NCBI GenBank assembly: GCA_002104945.1
Contig: MCFH01000011.1
Coordinates: forward strand, 186,001 to 250,000
Direction: 5' to 3'
DNA: 64,000 nt
From: Piromyces finnis finn
Taxonomy: Eukaryota > Fungi > Neocallimastigomycota
The notes beneath the pieces are model-generated. The model saw only the letters and a list, made by a program, of their open reading frames with translations. It was not told where the DNA came from and made no database searches. Within the stretch, counting starts at the first letter, position 1; each line of letters opens with the position of its first letter. The position numbers were made by a program, and so were the translations under genes. Of this stretch, positions 57,501 through 64,000 are shown piece after piece.

Positions 57501-60500
57501 CATCATCTGATGCACTAACGATTTCTCTTGATGGTTGATCGTCATTAACTTGTTCCTTACTAAATAACCACCATAAACCAGTATCTTCTCTGCATTCAGT
57601 AATAGGTTGTTGGATTTGCATTTCATGAACTTTTTGTGTTTTGTTAAATAACCACCATAAACCAGTATCTTCTCTGCATTCTACAAATGGATATTGAATT
57701 GAAATTTCACGAGAATTTACTTTAGTACCATCAGCCAATCTACTCATAAGCATCTTCTTTTCATTTTGAAGACTATTTATTTCAAGAGTAAATCTCTTTA
57801 TATTTATATTAATAATAAAACAATCATTAGAATTAATGTTTAAAGATTTAATATATAAATATATAATTTATTCCAATAAAAATAAATTATATTTACAGCA
57901 ATTCTTCCATTTAAGTCAGTACAATATTTAATTAAATTTTTATTTTTTTCAATTAAAATATCATTTTCATGATTTTTGTTCCAAATTCTTTGAAGAAAAT
58001 CACCAACATAATCCATCATTTGATTGTAAATTTGAGTAGAAAAATCACGATAATAAACAGCATCTTTTCTATTTAAGCGAATTTCTTCGTTCTTACTTCT
58101 TATTTGATCATTAACAGTAGAAGTCAATGTCTATAATATATGATAAAAAAAATATTTATAATATTAATTAAAATATTAAAATTGATAAAATAAAATAAAG
58201 TTATTTTAATAATATTACCAATAAATTACTGTTAATGGCAGCCCATTTAGTTTGTAAACTAGATATGGTTTCCATTAAATCTTTAACATTTCTCTTGTTG
58301 GCAATATCTTTTTCATTTGATAATAAAGAAATGACAGAAAGATTGTGATTCAATTCAGCAGTGGTTTTTCTTAATTTTTCAATTTGACATTCCTTATCCT
58401 TAATAATTTTGTTCTTGATATTGATTTCGGAATCGAATAATAAAGTAATATTCTGTTTTATTAAAATATTAAATTTTAATATATCAAATTTTTTTTAAAT
58501 TTTTTTTAATTTTATTCTTAATTTTATAATATTTTGAATTTCATTATTTAAATTTAATTTATAATATTTACAGCTAATTGAGTATTTAACTTTGCAGTAC
58601 GCTCTGTTAAATCATTTATTTTTTGTTCTTGACTTTTCATTAAACCACTCTTTTGTTGAATTTCAGTATCAAATAATAATGTAACATTCTATATTATAAT
58701 TATATTTATAATAGAGAAAAATGATATTAATTATAAAAATATATAAAATAAATACATATTTTTTTAAACATACAGATAAATTATGATTTAATATAACTAA
58801 ATCATTCTTGTATTTTTCTAAGGCATCATTGGATACAATCTTTGTTGATTCATTGTTTGATGTTTCCTATAATTCATTATAAAAATTTATTAACTATTAT
58901 TAGCATTCATTCATATTACTAATGATATTTATAAATCATACCATTTCTCTATTTTGAACTTCTGATTCATTAGCAATTAATCTTTGATTTAATGCTGATG
59001 TTAATTCTCTAATTTTGTGCTTTAAGGCATCAATTTCCTATATAAATGATGAATAATATCATTTAGTATTACTTTACAGTATAATTTATATTAATAATAT
59101 ATAGCAGTATCTATAAATAACGCGAAAAAAACATACGATTTCCTTAGAATTTTGATCACGAATAAACATTTCATCCTTTTGTTGAATAGTATTTTCATAT
59201 TCAGTAATTTTTTGGTTAACAGTTATAGCAGCTCTCTATTATAATTCGCCATTTAAATTTAAAAATAGTAAATAAAAATGACTTAACTTTCATTAATATA
59301 TTAAATATATCTTACATTTAATTGCTGTAAAATAACACTTAAAGATTGAATAGAGTTGGTCATATTTTCCTTTTGGAAATCTGGTGAATCTCTGAAATCA
59401 TCTAATTGCAATACAACTCTCTTAAATTCCAAATATATCAATAATTATTATTTATTTTATAATACTACTTTTTATTATATAAAATAATTTCTTACAGCTA
59501 ATTGACTGTTTAATCTAGAAGTAGTATCAGCAATAACATCAACTTGACCTCTCTTATCATTGTAAGTTCTCTCATCAAATCTATCGCATTCAAAATCTTC
59601 AATAAAGTTCTATTTTTAATATGTATTATTACAGAATATAAAATTAATATTAAAAATAAAAAAATTAATTATTTTATATTATAATTAAATTACATGGAGT
59701 TGACTATTTAAGTTAGCAGCTAATTCAACAAGACATTCAGTTCTATCATGTTGAGAATCAATGAAATCACTATTAAATTTTATCATTTCATTATACTCAG
59801 AAGAAAATTTCATTAAATAAGTACTCATTTTATTTATTAATGGAGTTAAATATTTATCATTAAATTCAAGTAATGTATCCTATTTTAATAATTATATAAT
59901 ATTAAATTTCATAATTAATTATTTCGTTTTTTTACTATCTTATAAAATTAATAATAATATTACTTCAGCAGAAACTTCATTTAACTTTCTTAAAATTTCT
60001 TGATCTGAGGTTAATTCCTATTTTTATAATATACACATTATTATACTAATTTTGGTTTTATTAGGTTAAGCTATACTAAAATTAGATATTTACTTGAATT
60101 CTGGCCTTTAAATTATTGATTTCTTCAGTTTGTTGATTAAGAACTCTTGAACTTCTTTTTGAGAATTCATTTAATGATTTTTTTGCAGATAATACACCTA
60201 TTTATTATATTATTTAAAAAAAAAGCAATTATATTTAATCAAAAATACAAATATATTATTAACTTATGAAAATTAATATTGTACTAGTAATTTTATTATA
60301 TATTATTTTTAAACATTACCAATTACACCAAGCTTTGGCTTTTGTAAAACATTATCAGATTTAGATTTAGTTGGATGACTTTGAGATCTTCTTCTATTGT
60401 CATAATTAACGGAATTTCTCTTATTATGACTCATTTTTGAAACTGGATATTGACCAATACTATTTCTTTTGCTAATATTTTGAGTGCTAGTTTTAGTATC

Positions 60501-61042
60501 CTTTGGAGAATTTGGTTTTTTAGTATCATCATTTAATAAGGACTTTGGAATTAAATTATAAGCAGAAAGAGAAGCTTTTGGTTTTTGACCTTCAGTTGGT
60601 GAAGTAATATTAGCATTGTAGCTTTTTGGAGAAGTGATATGACTACTGTAAGTCTTAGAAACTGGAGTTGTGTAAAGAGACTTTCTTTGAGGAGCATAAG
60701 ACTTTTTTTATTAAATAAAATTTTTTTTTATATTATTATTTATTTTATTTTGAATGTAAAATTTAAACTTTTTTATTTTATTTTTTATATTACCTTTTTG
60801 GATGGAATTCCATAATTATTTTTATTTAATAAATTAGAACTATCGCCTGCTGCGTTACCCCCGTATTTTTCATGATATTCAAAACTTTTATTTCTATAAT
60901 CTTGAGTACTAGACATTTCATAACCAGAAGAAGTGCCAGCATTTCTACTATTAAAATATTGGTCAAGATTATTGTAGATACTATTTGGTGAGTAACCAGT
61001 TGTTGCTCTTCTGTCAGTCTTAAATTTGGTTTCTGGATACAT
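54573..61042 (-). CDS. Uncharacterised large coiled-coil protein built from exon-encoded repeats (24 exons)
   Basis: The exons chain in frame from ATG 61042 to stop 54573. After a Ser/Pro/Lys-rich head, introns 3-23 are phase 0. Most exons end LNx[RQN]L[AS] and the next begins xL[TS]LE/N. Confidence 0.8.
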
Positions 61043-63845
61043 GTTTATTATATCTTAATTTAAATACTAATTTTTACTCTCTAAAATAATTTATTTACAA
61101 ATATATTGTTTTCTTTTTTTAAATCTATAATAAAAAAATATTAAAAACATGTCAAAATTAATAATTTTTATTTACACTCAATAATTTTTATGAAATATAT
61201 GTTTAAAAATTATTTTAATATTTTTATACAGAAACAAATAAAAATATTAGAAATAATCAATTCAATTATGTAGTTTAATTTTTATATACATATTTAGCAA
61301 TCCAAAATATAATAATTTATCTACAACAAAATTTAATTTGATTTTTACCTTAATTTATACAATAACAAATTAACTACTTTAAAAAATTGCTTAGTCAGAG
61401 GTTGGATTTAGATAAAAAAATTCTTTTGTTTTTTACTAATATATTTTACTATAGATGATTTAATTAATAATAACTATATATTTAGTTATTGAATAAATAT
61501 TTTATTCTTGTTTTGTTTTGCTTTTTATTTTAAATTTTGGAATAACTTTCTTACTAATAACTTTCAAAACTAAAAAAAAAAAAAAATAAATTTAAAAAAT
61601 AAAAAAAGTATTTTTTTATTTACTTTTTTTTGTTCAAAAATATTTTATATTAAAAAATAATGATTATATTTACACCTATGATTTATTATTTATTTATTAT
61701 TTAATTATTCATTCATTTATTCTAATATAATAAATATTTTATTAAGAATTTATTTATTTAAATTCTATATATCTATTTATTTTTAAATTAGTTTAACAGT
61801 TCTTCAATACTATTAATATATTATGTATTTGGTAGTTCAATATTACTAATTTATTACTAATATATTATAAAATAGACTACATTTATATATTTAATATAAA
61901 TAACATATATTGTATGGAAACATATATATAATCCAGTAATTTTATTTATAGTTATATTAAATATGGAGGTTAATAAACCTTGAAAGTTAATAAAAAAAAT
62001 ATACCATAAAAATTCAAAGAAAACTATATATTTATGTGCTACTTTTAAAACATACCATTTAATTAATTTATATTGATTTTACTTTTTCATAAATGATTAA
62101 TATAAATTTTTATATAGTTTAATATATGGAGTTAATATTATCATATTATGTAGTACTATATGTCTATATATGATATGTTTATTTAGTACTACAATGAATA
62201 AAAATACAAAAAATTAACCAATTATTCATATATATCATCATAATAAATTATATATAAAATCAAATATTTAAATTCAATGGGAATAATATATTTAGAATTT
62301 ATTATAATACATTAATAAATCTAATATTTAACTTTATTAATATATTTATTAATTTACTCTAATATATTATTTCTATTAAATAATATTTATTATTTTTAAT
62401 AAAAATCTTCAATTATAAAATATTAAATAATATATTAATAGTATAATTAGAGATTATTCCATTAATAAATAGTAATATAATGATATAATGATTAGATTTT
62501 TAATTAAGCAAAGAAAAGTATGAATTTATTATAATATAAAATCAAAAGTAAATATTTTTACGTTTTGTTTATATATTTATTGGTATAAAAAGATATTCAT
62601 TAGTTTTAACTCTTTAACCAAAATTTAATAATAAAATCAGTAGTTTTAATTTATTGAAGTATATTATTATTATATATGAAAAATATATTTTTACGGAATG
62701 TCAAATAAATTAAATTAAAAAAAGTATCTTATGAAATTCGAGATTTTAATTAATTAATATATCTTTCATATATTAATTAAAAAAATATGCCTATTTTAAG
62801 AAAATTAAAATTTAATTAATATATAAATTTTCTATATTTAGAAGGTAAAAAAATTAATGTTTCGTAATATATTAGTATAAAATATATTTTAATATATATT
62901 TTCAATATAATTTTAAAACATAATAAAAAACGGTTAATAATATAAAGTTTATTAAATAATAAATTTGTTAAATATTTAATATATCATAAAAAAATAGTAT
63001 TTTAAAATAACACTGAATTTTTTAAAAAAATTTTACACTAAACAAAACGGGTTAGTTTTTCACAACTAGAAATTTTCAAAAAAATTTAAAAATTCAATAG
63101 TTTAAGGAAAATAAAAAGATTATAATTATATTACTCAAATATGAATAATATATTGATGAGAAAAAGGTAAAATAAGATAACTTACAGTTATACTTTTAAA
63201 TGCAAATAATATTGAATAATTAAATATATATGATATATATATTTAAATAACATTAATTTTATAATTGATTTTTCTAATTTTTGGAATATATTGGAGAATA
63301 GGGAAATAATTTATTTTTTTTGAAATATAAAAAATCCTGCAGTTTTCTTAAATAGGCAAACTAAATAAATATTGATAATTTTAAGATTTGAAAATAAATA
63401 TCATAGTTAATGAGGGTTACACAAACATTAATTTAAGAAATAATTTAAAAAAAAATATTTATATAACAACATAAAAAAAATGAATGACCACTTAAAATAA
63501 TTTTTAAATTGTCATTACAACAATATTATTATAGTTTGAAATGAAATTAGTATTTAATACATATTTATCATTAATTATTATTTATATAAACAAATATTTA
63601 TTCATAATCTATATTTTTTATCCTTTTTTTAGCATATATTTATAACAAAAAAACTATAGATATTTTTTATACATTATTCATTTTTTTATTAAAAAGTTAG
63701 AAAATTAGAAAAAATAATAAACTTTTTTAAATGTATATTTGTTAATTTTATGTAGGTGTTATGTATAGGTGCTTTTTTAGTATTTAATTATTAAAACATA
63801 TTTGGTATAGAGTGAGAAATAAAAAGGTAATATAAATAATATATG

Positions 63846-64000
63846 TTAGAATTCACATCCAATACTAACTAAATCTTCATAACTTGGTTTTTTGCTACGA
63901 GCTAAATTATTCAAACTTGCATTAGAACTTGCAAATTGTGCACCAGCATATAATTGGGTATTTCTCTTTCTCTTCAAAACAAAAAAGGTAATGATAGATG
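63846..64000 (-). CDS. C-terminal end of a probable membrane protein (partial)
   Basis: The minus strand reads SIITFFVLKRKRNTQLYAGAQFASSNASLNNLARSKKPSYEDLVSIGCEF*: the end of a hydrophobic helix, a KRKR stop-transfer cluster and a short tail. Confidence 0.6.
   Translation of the reverse strand, partial: SIITFFVLKRKRNTQLYAGAQFASSNASLNNLARSKKPSYEDLVSIGCEF

Noticed and set aside
57562-57681. Two identical 36-nt direct repeats with a 48-nt spacer, superficially CRISPR-like
   Set aside because: There are only two adjacent copies, they lie in frame inside a eukaryotic exon, and no cas genes are present.
60094-60320. Apparent frameshift between exons 2 and 3 of the exon-repeat gene
   Set aside because: On recounting, exon 2 is 382 nt (ends phase 1) and exon 3 is 104 nt (starts phase 1), so the frame is continuous (LGVIG-VLSAKKSLNEF).
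62149-62193. 10-bp inverted repeat TGTAGTACTA...TAGTACTACA
   Set aside because: It is short and partly self-palindromic, has no TSD or second copy, and is plausible by chance in AT-rich DNA.
61043-63845. 2.8-kb gene-free stretch as a hidden gene or element
   Set aside because: It has no ORFs, terminal repeats or structured-RNA signature that I could see, and is consistent with AT-rich intergenic DNA.

Overview
This is an extremely AT-rich, intron-dense eukaryotic window. It most likely comes from an anaerobic gut fungus (Neocallimastigomycota); that is an inference from the base composition, short AT-rich introns, fungal-type SepH/Cdc7, SDA1 and EFL1 genes and flagellum-associated genes. Hand-spliced gene order: 3' exon of an androglobin-like gene (+), TIM10 (-), a Cys-repeat secreted/GPI-type protein (+), ZNHIT2 (-) head-to-head with SNW1/PRP45 (+), a ~30-exon, ~4,800-aa ASH/Ig-like repeat giant (+), a Cdc15/SepH kinase (+), SDA1 (-) head-to-head with EFL1 (+), WD40-type ATG16 (+), a complete young Ty1/copia element, a 24-exon 'one exon = one repeat' coiled-coil gene (-), and the tail of a membrane protein (-). 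The main signals are: (1) two textbook U12-type AT-AC minor-spliceosome introns (15990-16075 and 40871-40981), each restoring the reading frame and the local protein motif; (2) a copia primer-binding site complementary to the anticodon arm of tRNA-Lys(CUU), implying half-tRNA priming; (3) an unassigned modular protein built from phase-0 exon repeats, with conserved TGLWWLF and LPLAVDYLF motifs; (4) two short divergent promoters that each pair functionally related genes. No tRNA, rRNA or CRISPR arrays were seen. Exon boundaries were read by eye and family assignments come from remembered motifs, not database searches.
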